Positions 51,401 through 63,924 of a stretch of DNA of 64,000 nt are shown one piece after another (position 1 is the stretch's first letter; the number at the start of each line of letters is the position of its first letter). Source of the stretch: Octopus sinensis (taxonomy: Eukaryota); assembly GCF_006345805.1 (NCBI RefSeq), contig NC_043000.1:164052001-164116000 (forward strand), given 5' to 3'. The notes under the pieces are model-generated. The model was not told where the DNA came from, ran no database searches, and saw only the letters and a list, made by a program, of their open reading frames with translations. The position numbers were made by a program, and so were the translations under genes.

Positions 51401-54400
51401 AACTTGAAAATCGCCATTACCATTACGATTCTGCAATTTAAATTCCCAATTCAACTTACTTTCTTCTTCAATTTCAACTCTCGATCGATGCCCGCAGCAA
51501 GTTCTTAAAAATTTATCTTACTATTTTTATTCGTTGTTACTACGTTTATTCATACATTGTTACGAAAATTTAACCTTTTAGGCTACTTTCAAGCCTTCGC
51601 CATAACTTGATTTATCTTTCCTATCTCTCTCTCTACAAAATTTAACCTTAGGCTACCTCAAGCCGTAATCCCATCTTTCCGCCATTGGCGGTCTTTTTCC
51701 TCCTCTTCTTCTTCTTAAGCTAAAACTTGAAAATCGCCATTACCATTACGATTCTGCAATTTAAATTCCCAATTCAACTTACTTTCTTCTTCAATTTCAA
51801 CTCTCGATCGATGCCCGCAGCAAGTTCTTAAAAATTTATCTTACTATTTTTATTCGTTGTTACTACGTTTATTCATACATTGTTACGAAAATTTAACCTT
51901 TTAGGCTACTTTCAAGCCTTCGCCATAACTTGATTTATCTTTCCTATCTCTCTCTCTACAAAATTTAACCTTAGGCTACCTCAAGCCGTAATCCCATCTC
52001 TTCCCATCTTTCCGCCATTGGCGGTCTTTTTCCTCCTCTCTTCTTCTTCTTAAGCTAAAACTTGAAAATCGCCATTACCATTACGATTCTGCAATTTAAA
52101 TTCCCAATTCAACTTACTTTCTTCTTCAATTTCAACTCTCGATCGATGCCCGCAGCAAGTTCTTAAAAATTTATCTTACTATTTTTTCGTTGTTACTACG
52201 TTTATTCATACATTGTTACGAAAATTTAACCTTTTAGGCTACTTTCAAGCCTTCGCCATAACTTGATTTATCTTTCCTATCTCTCTCTCTACAAAATTTA
52301 ACCTTAGGCTACCTCAAGCCGTAATCCCATCTCTTCCCATCTTTCCGCCATTGGCGGTCTTTTTCCTCCTCTTCTTCTTCTTAAGCTAAAACTTGAAAAT
52401 CGCCATTACCATTACGATTCTGCAATTTAAATTCCCAATTCAACTTACTTTCTTCTTCAATTTCAACTCTCGATCGATGCCCGCAGCAAGTTCTTAAAAT
52501 TTATCTTACTATTTTTATTCGTTGTTACTACGTTTATTCATACATTGTTACGAAAATTTAACCTTTTAGGCTACTTTCAAGCCTTCGCCATAACTTGATT
52601 TATCTTTCCTATCTCTCTCTCTACAAAATTTAACCTTAGGCTACCTCAAGCCGTAATCCCATCTCTTCCCATCTTTCCGCCATTGGCGGTCTTTTTCCTC
52701 CTCTTCTTCTTCTTAAGCTAAAACTTGAAAATCGCCATTACCATTACGATTCTGCAATTTAAATTCCCAATTCAACTTACTTTCTTCTCAATTTCAACTC
52801 TCGATCGATGCCCGCAGCAAGTTCTTAAAAATTTATCTTACTATTTTTATTCGTTGTTACTACGTTTATTCATACATTGTTACGAAAATTTAACCTTTTA
52901 GGCTACTTTCAAGCCTTCGCCATAACTTGATTTATCTTTCCTATCTCTCTCTCTACAAATTTAACCTTAGGCTACCTCAAGCCGTAATCCCATCTCTTCC
53001 CATCTTTCCGCCATTGGCGGTCTTTTTCCTCCTCTTCTTCTTCTTAAGCTAAAACTTGAAAATCGCCATTACCATTACGATTCTGCAATTTAAATTCCCA
53101 ATTCAACTTACTTTCTTCTTCATTTCAACTCTCGATCGATGCCCGCAGCAAGTTCTTAAAAATTTATCTTACTATTTTTATTCGTTGTTACTACTACGTT
53201 TATTCATACATTGTTACGAAAATTTAACCTTTTAGGCTACTTTCAAGCCTTCGCCATAACTTGATTTATCTTTCCTATCTCTCTCTCTACAAAATTTAAC
53301 CTTAGGCTACCTCAAGCCGTAATCCCATCTCTTCCCATCTTTCCGCCATTGGCGGTCTTTTTCTCTCTCTTCTTCTTCTTAAGCTAAAACTTGAAAATCG
53401 CCATTACCATTACGATTCTGCAATTTAAATTCCCAATTCAACTTACTTTCTTCTTCTTCAATTTCAACTCTCGATCGATGCCCGCAGCAAGTTCTTAAAA
53501 ATTTATCTTACTATTTTTATTCGTTGTTACTACTACGTTATTCATACATTGTTACGAAAATTTAACCTTTTAGGCTACTTTCAAGCCTTCGCCATAACTT
53601 GATTTATCTTTCCTATCTCTCTCTCTACTCTCTAAAAATTTAACCTTAGGCTACCTCAAGCCGTAATCCCATCTCTTCCCATCTTTCCGCCATTGGCGGT
53701 CTTTTTCCTCCTCTTCTTCTTCTTAAGGCTAAAACTTGAAAATCGCCATTACCATTACGATTCTGCAATTTAAATTCCCAATTCAACTTACTTTCTTCTT
53801 CAATTTCAACTCTCGATCGATGCCCGCAGCAAGTTCTTAAAATTTATCTTACTATTTTTATTCGTTGTTACTACGTTTATTCATACATTGTTACGAAAAT
53901 TTAACCTTTTAGGCTACTTTCAAGCCTTCGCCATAACTTGATTTATCTTTCCTATCTCTCTCTCTACAAAATTTAACCTTAGGCTACCTCAAGCCGTAAT
54001 CCCATCTCTTCCCATCTTTCCGCCATTGGCGGTCTTTTTCCTCCTCTTCTTCTTCTTAAGCTAAAACTTGAAAATCGCCATTACCATTACGATTCTGCAA
54101 TTTAAATTCCCAATTCAACTTACTTTCTTCTTCAATTTCAACTCTCGATCGATGCCCGCAGCAAGTTCTTAAAAATTTATCTTACTATTTTATTCGTTGT
54201 TACTACTACGTTTATTCATACATTGTTACGAAAATTTAACCTTTTAGGCTACTTTCAAGCCTTCGCCATAACTTGATTTATCTTTCCTATCTCTCTCTCT
54301 ACAAAATTTAACCTTAGGCTACCTCAAGCCGTAATCCCATCTCTTCCCATCTTTCCGCCATTGGCCATTGCGTCTTTTCCTCCTCTTCTTCTTCTTAAGC

Positions 54401-56034
54401 TAAAACTTGAAAATCGCCATTACCATTACGATTCTGCAATTTAAATTCCCAATTCAACTTACTTTCTTCTTCAATTTCAACTTTCGATCGATGCCCGCAG
54501 CAAGTTCTTAAAAATTTATCTTACTATTTTTATTCGTTGTTACTACGTTTATTCATACATTGTTACGAAATTTAACCTTTTAGGCTACTTTCAAGCCTTC
54601 GCCATAACTTGATTTATCTTTCCTATCTCTCTCTCTACAAAATTTAACCTTAGGCTACCTCAAGCCGTAATCCCATCTCTTCCCATCTTTCCGCCATTGG
54701 CGGTCTTTTTCCTCCTCTTCTTCTTCTTAAGCTAAAACTTGAAAATCGCCATTACCATTACGATTCTGCAATTTAAATTCCCAATTCAACTTACTTTCTT
54801 CTTCAATTTCAACTCTCGATCGATGCCCCAGCAGTTCTTAAAATTTATCTTACTATTTTTATTCGTTGTTACTACGTTTATTCATACATTGTTACGAAAA
54901 TTTAACCTTTTAGGCTACTTTCAAGCCTTCGCCATAACTTGATTTATCTTTCCTATCTCTCTCTCTACAAAATTTAACCTTAGGCTACCTCAAGCCGTAA
55001 TCCCATCTTTCCGCCATTGGCGGTCTTTTTCCTCCTCCTCTTCTTCTTCTTAAGCTAAAACTTGAAAATCGCCATTACCATTACGATTCTGCAATTTAAA
55101 TTCCCAATTCAACTTACTTTCTTCTTCTCAATTTCAACTCTCGATCGATGCCCGCAGCAAGTTCTTAAAAATTTATCTTACTATTTTTATTCGTTGTTAC
55201 TACTACGTTTATTCATACATTGTTACGAAAATTAACCTTTTAGGCTACTTTCAAGCCTTCGCCATAACTTGATTTATCTTTCCTATCTCTCTCTCTACAA
55301 AATTTAACCTTAGGCTACCTCAAGCCGTAATCCCATCTCTTCCCATCTTTCCGCCGCCATTGGCGGTCTTTTTCCTCCTCTTCTTCTTCTTAAGCTAAAA
55401 CTTGAAAATCGCCATTACCATTACGATTCTGCAATTTAAATTCCCAATTCAACTTACTTTCTTCTTTCAATTCAACTCTCGATCGATGCCCGCAGCAAGT
55501 TCTTAAAATTTATCTTACTATTTTTATTCGTTGTTATACTACGTTTATTCATACATTGTTACGAAAATTTAACCTTTTAGGCTACTTTCAAGCCTTCGCC
55601 ATAACTTGATTTATCTTCCTATCTCTCTCTCTACAAAATTTAACCTTAGGCTACCTCAAGCCGTAATCCCATCTCTTCCCATCTTTCCGCCATTGGCGGT
55701 CTTTTTCCTCCTCTTCTTCTTCTTAAGCTAAAACTTGAAAATCGCCATTACCATTACGATTCTGCAATTTAAATTCCCAATTCAACTTACTTTCTTCTTC
55801 AATTTCAACTTTCGATCGATGCCCGCAGCAAGTTCTTAAAAATTATCTTACTATTTTTATTCGTTGTTACTACTACGTTTATTCATACATTGTTACGAAA
55901 ATTTAACCTTTTAGGCTACTTTCAAGCCTTCGCCATAACTTGATTTATCTTTCCTATCTCTCTCTCTACAAAATTTAACCTTAGGCTACCTCAAGCCGTA
56001 ATCCCATCTCTTCCCATCTTCCGCCATTGGCGGT
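36422..56034. repeat. 19.6-kb tandem satellite array, about 59 copies of a 333-bp unit
   Basis: Unit starts (ttacgattctgc) at 36422, 36752, 37084 ... 39741, 40077, 40410 ...; copies differ almost only by short indels; + strand strongly pyrimidine-rich; no long ORF. Confidence 0.98.
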
Positions 56035-56739
56035 GCGCCCGCCCCCCCCCCCCACCCCACCACCAATACCGGTGAACTCTGTTCTCACCACCACCACCAC
56101 CACCAATACCGGTGAGCACTGTTCTCACCCCCCACCACCAATACCAGTATACCCTGTTCTCACCATCTACACCGGATACGCCTTACTCATCTACACCGGG
56201 TACGCCCTACTCCCTCCCCTCCCCCCACTACCCCTTCTCCTCATATGCTTTCACTGTGAAAAGAGAAGCTGCTAGCGCCATAGCTCATCAACTGCCCACC
56301 GATCTTACGCTTCCTCCTGACACTGCCTCATTCCGACCATCCCCTTTAGTACCCTCCCGCCTCGTAATATCCTACGTTTTTTATTTCAATATCCTACGTT
56401 TTTATTTCTTAGGAACCTTCACCAACCCCTTCCTGCCATCGTTCCTCCTTACCCCAACCTTCCCCACTGGTTGCTCCCCTATATTACCCGCCTCAACTGG
56501 ACCCCCTCCTCCCCAACTCAACTCTAGAATATCTGTATTTCTTTCCTCTACCTAATTACGTTACTCAGTGACGATAAATGCTGTGACTACAAAGACCCGG
56601 GCTGCTTTCTGCAGCAATTCCACATATCCCCTACCCATTCTAAGTACCCCGGATCCCCAAAGTACCCTGGATCCCCAAAGTACCCCGATCCCCAAAGTAC
56701 CCCAGACCTCGTTGCCCCCGTGCCGCTGACACGTTAAAA

Positions 56740-56970
56740 TGCTCGAACCGATCGTGACGATGCCGGACCCTCCGGCCCCTGTGCAGGTGGCACGTAAAAA
56801 GCACCCAATCCACTCACGGAGTGGTTGGCGTTAGGAAGGGCATCCAGCCGTAGAAACTCTGCCAGATTCAGACTGGAGCCTGGTGCGGCCCCTGGCTTCC
56901 CAGACCCGGTCGAACCGTCCAACCCGTGCTAGCGCGGAAAGCGGATGTTAAACGATGATGATGATGATAT
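56740..56970 (+). mobile_element. SINE 3' part (GGAAGGGCATCCAGCCGTAGAAAC domain) ending in (GAT)n
   Basis: Closely similar copy at 57440-57760. Confidence 0.8.
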
Positions 56971-57265
56971 ATACATATATATATACATATATATTATATA
57001 TATATACATATATATATACATATATAATATATATATATACATTATATATACATATATATATATACATATATATATACATATATATATATACATATACATA
57101 TATAATACATATATATATATATATATACATATATATACATATATATATTATATATACATATATATATACATAATATATATACATATATATATATATATAT
57201 ACATAATATATACATATATATATTACATATATATATACATATATATATATACATATACATATATA

Positions 57266-57324
<59 letters not shown>

Positions 57325-57439
57325 CATATATATAAGACCTGTTGAGACAAGTGAAAATCAAAATCAAATCAAAATCAAAATCAAACCAAATCAAATCAGA
57401 TATCAGAAAGCAGAAGCAAAATCGAAGTCGATCAACATC

Positions 57440-57760
57440 AATGGAAATTGCAGCTGTGGTTAAGCGAACCATCCGATCGTGGCCGTTGCCAGTGCCGCCC
57501 CGACTGGCCTCCGTGCCGGTGGCACATAAAAGCACCATCCGTTCATGGCCGTTTGCCAGCTCCGTCTGGCACCTGTGCAGGTGGCACGTAAAAAGCGCCC
57601 ACTACACTCACGGAGTGGTTGGCGTTAGGAAGGGCATCCAGCCGTAGAAACACTGCTAGATCAGACTGGGCCTGATGCAGCCTTCTGGCTTCACAGACCC
57701 CAGTTGAACTGTCCAACCCATGCTAGCATGGAAAGCGGACACTAAATGATGATGATGATA
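57440..57760 (+). mobile_element. SINE, same family as 56740-56970
   Basis: Colinear homology, (GAT)n tail. Confidence 0.8.
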
Positions 57761-57861
57761 TATACATATATATAAATATAAGAGACATACATAAACATTG
57801 TCTCCTTGGTGTTAAACTGATGGTATTATTCAATTAATATCTAATTTTTCACCCTTATTTA

Positions 57862-57912
<51 letters not shown>

Positions 57913-58169
57913 CGGGAAGCTTTATGAAAATAGACAAAAGACGAAGGCAGGTGGAAAACAAACAAACAATATATATATATTTACATTTATATATTACATG
58001 GGTTATCAGTCATGATAGCCTCTTTAACATATATATATACATATATTAAGAACAAACTTACTTAGAAATGGATGCATGCGTTCTGTCGTACAATAACAAA
58101 TTAATAAATAAAACATATGCATATATACATACATATATGTATGTACCTACCTCTACATGTATATATACA

Positions 58170-58740
58170 TGCATATATGGGTACAGGACACCAAAAAAAC
58201 GTCGAACACAATGAGAAGCGAAAACATAAACACAAAACCAAGGAAATGGACATTTTTCTTAAACAATGAAAAAATAGAGTACAGGACATACAAAACAAGG
58301 AAAATTCCCCTTCTTCAGTCGCCTTTGTTTCATCTACTCCGCGTTTCGAAGGTCAAGGCGTGACACGACTTTGGTGAAACATTCCTTCCCGCAGAAAGCA
58401 AATTAAATAAAATTTGAGATTTTTTTTGCGGAGGGGTAAAAATAGTAACACAAACAGGACAGTAAATTCAGTACAAAATATAAACAGTAAAAGACAGGAC
58501 AGAGGATAACAGTAACACAGACATGGAGGGCTGTTAAGCCAAACGAGAGAAAATATTACAAACGCTTTTTTTTGAGAACAGCAAAGGAGGCACCGAAAAG
58601 CCGTCTAGACTCGGAGGAAGTGAGGTCAGAAAGACACACACACACAATTAGATCAAAAAAAGTCAGGAGGTGTGAGGGGTGAATAACCACTTGATATTCA
58701 TAGGAGCACAAGCTATTTCGCAGCCTTCATCATGTAATAA
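58170..58740 (-). mobile_element. Probable Penelope-like pLTR/3' fragment
   Basis: Flanked by (TA)n; composition and dispersed CTGAAGA / GAAACGCG motifs resemble the other PLE ends here, but no coding segment was recognised. Confidence 0.35.
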
Positions 58741-59539
58741 TATTTTCAATGTATAATAAATCATTTTACATGTCTGTACCGATATGCATGCTACACATTG
58801 CACAATACAACTGTACAATTACACATCAATGCAGATATAGAAGGCTAGCTCTTCAGATCACCAGAGCATCATGGTTACACCAATGCTTCAACTCTGTACA
58901 TACTCAGAAAATTATCTCTTATATGTATACAATATGTGGAAGACCATTAATTGATAAAATTAGATTGATATTGCCAGTAAACAGTAAATATAAATAAGGA
59001 TGACAGTGCAGGGGAGACAACTGCGCTGGTAAGGCCAGCTGCATAAAGAAATGGAGGGAACTTGTGGGAGAGGAAGACCCAGGAAGATATGGGATGAGAT
59101 GGCAAAGCAAAATCTTCAAATGCCAAGCCTCATGGAGGCGATGACAAGTGATCAAAACCTTTAGTGATATGCTATGCTTGAGAAGACTCATTAAGCCATG
59201 TGAAATTGTATTCATGGCTGATGCCAGTGGCACATAACAGGCACCCATGATGGGGACATGTAAAAGCAGCCATGCTAGTGGCACATAACAGGCACCCATG
59301 ATGGGGACATGTAAAGAGTCCAGTCTTTGTTGCTTTGGAGGTGAGGTTTTTAATGAAAGACTTAAGGTGGGGTAATCCGGAGAGAAAACTGAATTTTCAC
59401 AACATCTATGACGTGCCTGATACATTAGGTGGACTTGTGTCCAAGCCTAGATTCACAGGTTAAGTGATAATCTGCAATTTAGAACTCTCATTCAAAAAAG
59501 TTTTTTTTTAAATGAAGCTAAAAGACTAGAATGACCAAC

Positions 59540-59699
59540 CTCCTCTAAACATGCTGGGTTTCTTTGCAGGACTTTAGTTTGTTCAGGTACACGAGCAAAA
59601 GCTTCATTGGTTGGGACAAATAGTGTTACTCTGTCATCAGTCATGATAGCCTCTTTAACAATGGCATCATTAATCTTGGGCAGGAATTCTACAAACTTC
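59540..59699 (-). CDS. Fasciclin-1-like protein, exon (160 nt, phase 2 to 0; FAS1 H1 motif)
   Basis: Acceptor tttgtattattacag, donor GAG|GTTGGT; KFVEFLPKINDAIVKEAIMTDDRVTLFVPTNEAFARVPEQTKVLQRNPACLEE. Confidence 0.9.
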
Positions 59700-59916
59700 C
59701 TGTAATAATACAAAAACAGTGCAAATATAAGCTAACATACAACAGTTTTTGTTATTTAAGCAGCTAAACAGAATTTCGTTAAATACAAGTCATATAAATG
59801 GAGGGGGTGGGGAGGAGAGGGAGGAGGAGGGGAGGGGAGGAGGAGGAGGAGGAGGAAGGAAGATGGTGACACAATAACAGCAAGGAAAAGAAAAGTATGA
59901 GAGGGTCCTTACTTAC

Positions 59917-60061
59917 TTGACACTGTCATCATTTTGTATCTCTTCCCTCACTGAATTGAACACATATCCAAGCATTCTGTCAATCACATGGATGACACCA
60001 TTGGCAACCGTTATGTTGCCAATAACAATATTGGCCGTCGAGTCTCCAGAAAAGACAGAAA
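59917..60061 (-). CDS. Fasciclin-1-like protein, exon (145 nt, phase 1 to 2; FAS1 H2 motif)
   Basis: Acceptor gttttcctttttcag, donor AA|GTAAGT; (V)SVFSGDSTANIVIGNITVANGVIHVIDRMLGYVFNSVREEIQNDDSV. Confidence 0.9.
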
Positions 60062-60409
60062 CTGAAAAAGGAAAACAGAGGTGGAACAGTCAGTTTTTAA
60101 GTAGAGGAAATATGGAGTCTTGTGTGTGTTTGAGGGCAGGTGTGTGTATGTGCCTGTGTGTGTGTGTGTAAGCCCTGTAAAAGAACTCAGGGGGTTGGCC
60201 TCCAGCCAGGCCTTTCACAATACCATTAATTCTTTAGCATTAAAACTGATCATATCTGACCAAAATATTTTACCTGCTTTATATGGAAACTGACAAGAAC
60301 TGGCCATTCCTCTCTTCCCTACAATGTCAGTCTAGAACAAAGCAATCACATCACTGAAGTCACTAAACTACAAGACAATGTAAGATTAATTTAAAACAAT
60401 CTGAGACCC

Positions 60410-60745
60410 CCTTTGGTCATGACACAGACCACGGGATTGCACCTAGAAAGTTACCCTCCCAGGCACAAGTCCGGATAAGGTTGTTTATGGAAGACCAGCA
60501 GTCGCCTATGCATACCAGCCTCTCCTCTCCATTGCCACTGATGTTATCCAAGGGAAAGGCAAAGGGGCCGATACAGCTTGGCACCAGTGATGTCGCAACA
60601 CATTTCTACATCTGAGTGAACTGGAGCAACGTGAAATAAAGTGTCTTGCTCATGAACACAACACACAGCCCGGTGCGGGCTTCGAACTCACAACCTCACG
60701 ATCGTAAGCGCGATGCTCTAACCACTGAGTCATGCACCTTCACAA
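60410..60745 (-). mobile_element. tRNA-derived SINE
   Basis: Homologous to 25500-25850 and 63320-63640; reverse B-box ttcgaactc. Confidence 0.8.
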
Positions 60746-60929
60746 ATTTAAAACAATATAAATAAACAAGCATTACAGAATAATCTGAAGACTAAAGGGT
60801 TAATGTAAGGGACTTTTCAGCAGCCCCTCATATAGTAGACCCGCATACTCTCACCCCACCTGTGGTATTTCAGTGATAGAGGAAGAGGCACAATGGTTAA
60901 ACTACATTGCACCTATTCTATGTCTATGT

Positions 60930-61240
60930 CACCCTTTTCAAGCCTAGCCAGGCTCATGGGCTCAGTTTCCCGGTTTCTGTGGCGTATGTGTTCCCCCCCC
61001 CCCAGCTGGACGGGATGCCAGTCCACCGCAGCATTGCTCATGAAGCAAGAAGAGAGAGTGAGAGAAAGTTGTGGTGAAAGAGTACAACAGGGGTCACCAC
61101 CACCCCCTGCCGGAGCCTCGTGGAGCTTTTAGATGTTTTCGCTCAATAAACACACACAACACCCAGTCTGGGAATCGAAACCACGATCCTCCGACCGCGA
61201 GTCCGCTGCCCTAACCACTGAGCCATTGCCCCTCCACATT
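60930..61240 (-). mobile_element. tRNA-derived SINE, full length
   Basis: Reverse complement begins tggaggggcaatggctcagtggttagggcagcggactcgcggtcggaggatcgtggtttcgattccc, matching 11320-11400. Confidence 0.85.
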
Positions 61241-61526
61241 GCATCCTATTAGTATTATTAAGCGTTTACTTGTGTATCTCAGGTGATGCTACACAGGACA
61301 TTTCCCCAGTATTTATGCATCGTATATGATATGCGTTTCCAATTATTTTTTTTCAACCACCAGAGTTACTCGGTACTTTTGGAAGGAAAGCTTTATATTA
61401 CTCAGATAACATGAAACAAGGACCCACTAAAAGTCTGGAAACAGGCAAGGACGTTTTAGGACAAACTTATGAAGATGCTTTGAACTGGCAAACGGTTAAC
61501 TATCAATAACCATGTGTATTACAGCT

Positions 61527-61578
<52 letters not shown>

Positions 61579-62619
61579 GTACACTAGACAAAATGATTAA
61601 AAGAGTTTCATCCGTCTTTGTGTGTTCTAAGTTCAAATGCCACCGAGGTCGACTTAGCTTTTTGTCCTTTCAGGATCAATAAATTAAGTACCAGTTGAGC
61701 CCTGGAGTCAATATAATAGACTAGCCTGCTCCCACAAAATTTCAGGCTTTGTGCCTACAGCAGAAAGGACTTCATTAATTCTCTCCACCCCTACCCCCCC
61801 CCCTCTCTCTCTCTAAAAGAACACCATTAAAAATGGCTGACATTTTATTGAAAAACATGTAATTGAATACGGTATTTTTTGTGATATGTTTGTTTTTTTG
61901 TTAGTTTTTTTTTTTTTTTTTTTTCCAAGGCCTAAAGGGCTCTACAAGAGTCTACACTTAATCCCAGTTTCATTGTGGGAAGCAAAATAATGATAAATTT
62001 ATCTCCCAATACAAATCCACAAGTAACATTCTCTGATGATCCGGGTGAACTGAATCAATGTAAAATTAAATGTCCAACACTGAAACATTAAAAGTTCCAG
62101 GAGATAAGGGGTCCCATATGCTGGAGATAGTAACCCAATATCCTTTATTCCCTAAAATAAGGAATGCATGTCACTGAAATGCCTTTAATCATTGGATTAT
62201 TTGGTATAAAACAACATCAACGACTGCCAACTCAAGGGAGTTGGTTTCATTAACAGCATCACCACCACCACCACCACCACCACCATCATCACCACCACCT
62301 CCACCGCCACCAGCATCACCACTACTTCCACCACCACCATCATCATCATTTAATATCTGATTTCCATAGGTTAGCCAGTTTGACTGGAACTGGTAAACTG
62401 TAGAACTGCACCAAGTTGGCATGGCCTGTAGAAACCATGCAAAATCAGATTAGAGACTTGGTGCAGTTCTGTAAAAAATATCACCTATGTTACCTTGACC
62501 TCTAGTTGATTCATTAGGCTTAAGGAGTCTAATGGGATTAAAATATTGTTCAGCGAACGCCTAAAAGTTCTAGTAAATTAGTTTTCTAAAAGCAGATGAT
62601 TTCACTGTGGAGCACTCAC

Positions 62620-62737
62620 CTTGATCAAATGAATTCTTATATAACAATGGTACGGTTTTAGTTGGAATACCACGGATACGGACATCAGTAGATGAAGTGA
62701 AAAGAACCTCGTTACGAACAATACTCTGCTCAATGAT
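62620..62737 (-). CDS. Fasciclin-1-like protein, exon (118 nt, phase 0 to 1)
   Basis: Acceptor cttctatcatccatcag, donor G|GTGAGT; IIEQSIVRNEVLFTSSTDVRIRGIPTKTVPLLYKNSFDQ; not in the ORF track but phase-bridges its neighbours exactly. Confidence 0.8.
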
Positions 62738-63319
62738 CTGATGGATGATAGAAGCGAGAAAATTAGCATAAATAAAAACATGAACAAAGGGATAATGGTA
62801 ATAATCCTTTCTACTATAAGCACAAGGCCTGAAATTTTGTGGGGGGGGTGGCCAGTTATGTCAACCCCAGTGCTCAGTAGGGACTTATTTACCAACCCCA
62901 AAAAGATGAAAGACAAAGTTGACCTTGATGGAATTTGGACTCAGAATGTAAAGACAAACAAATGCCACTAAGCGCTTTGTCCAGTCTGCTAATAATTCTG
63001 CCAGCTTGCTGTCTTCATCATCATCATCATCATTGTATAAAGTCTGCTTTCCATGCTGGCATGGGTTGCACGGTTTGACTGAGGGCTGGTGAGCCAGAAG
63101 GCTGCACCAGGCTCCAATCTGATCTGGCAGAGTTTTGCCAGTTGGATGCCCTTCCTAAATGCCAACTACTCTGAAAGTGTAGTGGGTGCTTTTTACGTGC
63201 CACCGGAATGAGGGCCAGTCAGGCTGTACTGGCATCGACCACACTCAAATGGTGCTTTTTATATGTCACCAGCCTGGGAGCCAGTCAGGCAGCACTGGCA
63301 ACATACCAAAAAACTAAAG

Positions 63320-63640
63320 GCTAAAGATCCCCTTCAGTCACGACACAGACCATGGGATTGCATCTAGAAGTTACCCTCCAAGTCCTGGACCAGGTTATTT
63401 ATGGGATACCAGCAGTCGCCCATGCATGCCAGCCTCCTCTCTCCATACCAAAGATGCTATTCCAAGTGAAAGGCAAAGGCCAATACACTGCAACTCATTT
63501 CTACAACTGAATGAACTGGAGCAATGTGAAATAAAGTGTCTTGCTCAAGAACACAACACGCAGCCCAGTCAGAAAATCAAACTCACAACCTCATGATTGT
63601 GAGCCCAACAGTGTAACCACTAAGCCATGCACCTTCACTA
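63320..63640 (-). mobile_element. tRNA-derived SINE
   Basis: Homologous to 60410-60745. Confidence 0.78.
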
Positions 63641-63767
63641 CACACACACACACATATGCATGACAACCAAGTCTCCATGAAGGATTATACTTTACCTAAT
63701 ATGCATTACAATTCAAAACAATTCAGATTAAGCAAGTAGTGCAGAGTTTCATTCTAAAGACAACTAC

Positions 63768-63924
63768 CTTTTTTATGCTTTCTTTGTCGTTCCCCAACTG
63801 TTGAAGTTTCTCACTATCAACTTTCTGCATTGCTTCATCAGACGGTACAAAAAGAGTCATTCTCTTTATGTTACGCAAGTCATCTTCAAGATCAGCGAAC
63901 GCTTTTACCAACTTATAGAATTCA
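63768..63924 (-). CDS. Fasciclin-1-like protein, first exon within the window (157 nt, phase 2 to 0; FAS1 H1 motif); gene continues beyond the window
   Basis: Acceptor atttctttaattgcag, donor AAG|GTAGTT; EFYKLVKAFADLEDDLRNIKRMTLFVPSDEAMQKVDSEKLQQLGNDKESIKK. Confidence 0.9.

Noticed and set aside
36422-56034. Satellite as CRISPR array, tandem RNA gene cluster (5S, snRNA, SL), coding repeat or hammerhead retrozyme
   Set aside because: No variable spacers, no recognisable RNA gene or Pol III boxes, and no long ORF in the ORF track despite the 333-bp unit. No CUGANGA...GAAA core on either strand; the minus-strand TTGAAAG-TAGCCT-AAA-AGGTTA hairpin lacks the GAAA and stem III parts
58295-58370. 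Possible type-II hammerhead (GAAACGCG ... CTGAAGA) on the minus strand
   Set aside because: Stems I and III cannot be formed convincingly
59226-59315. 38-bp direct repeat (gtggcacataacaggcacccatgatggggacatgtaaa) twice
   Set aside because: Local slippage duplication inside a decayed SINE/RTE remnant; nothing suggests function
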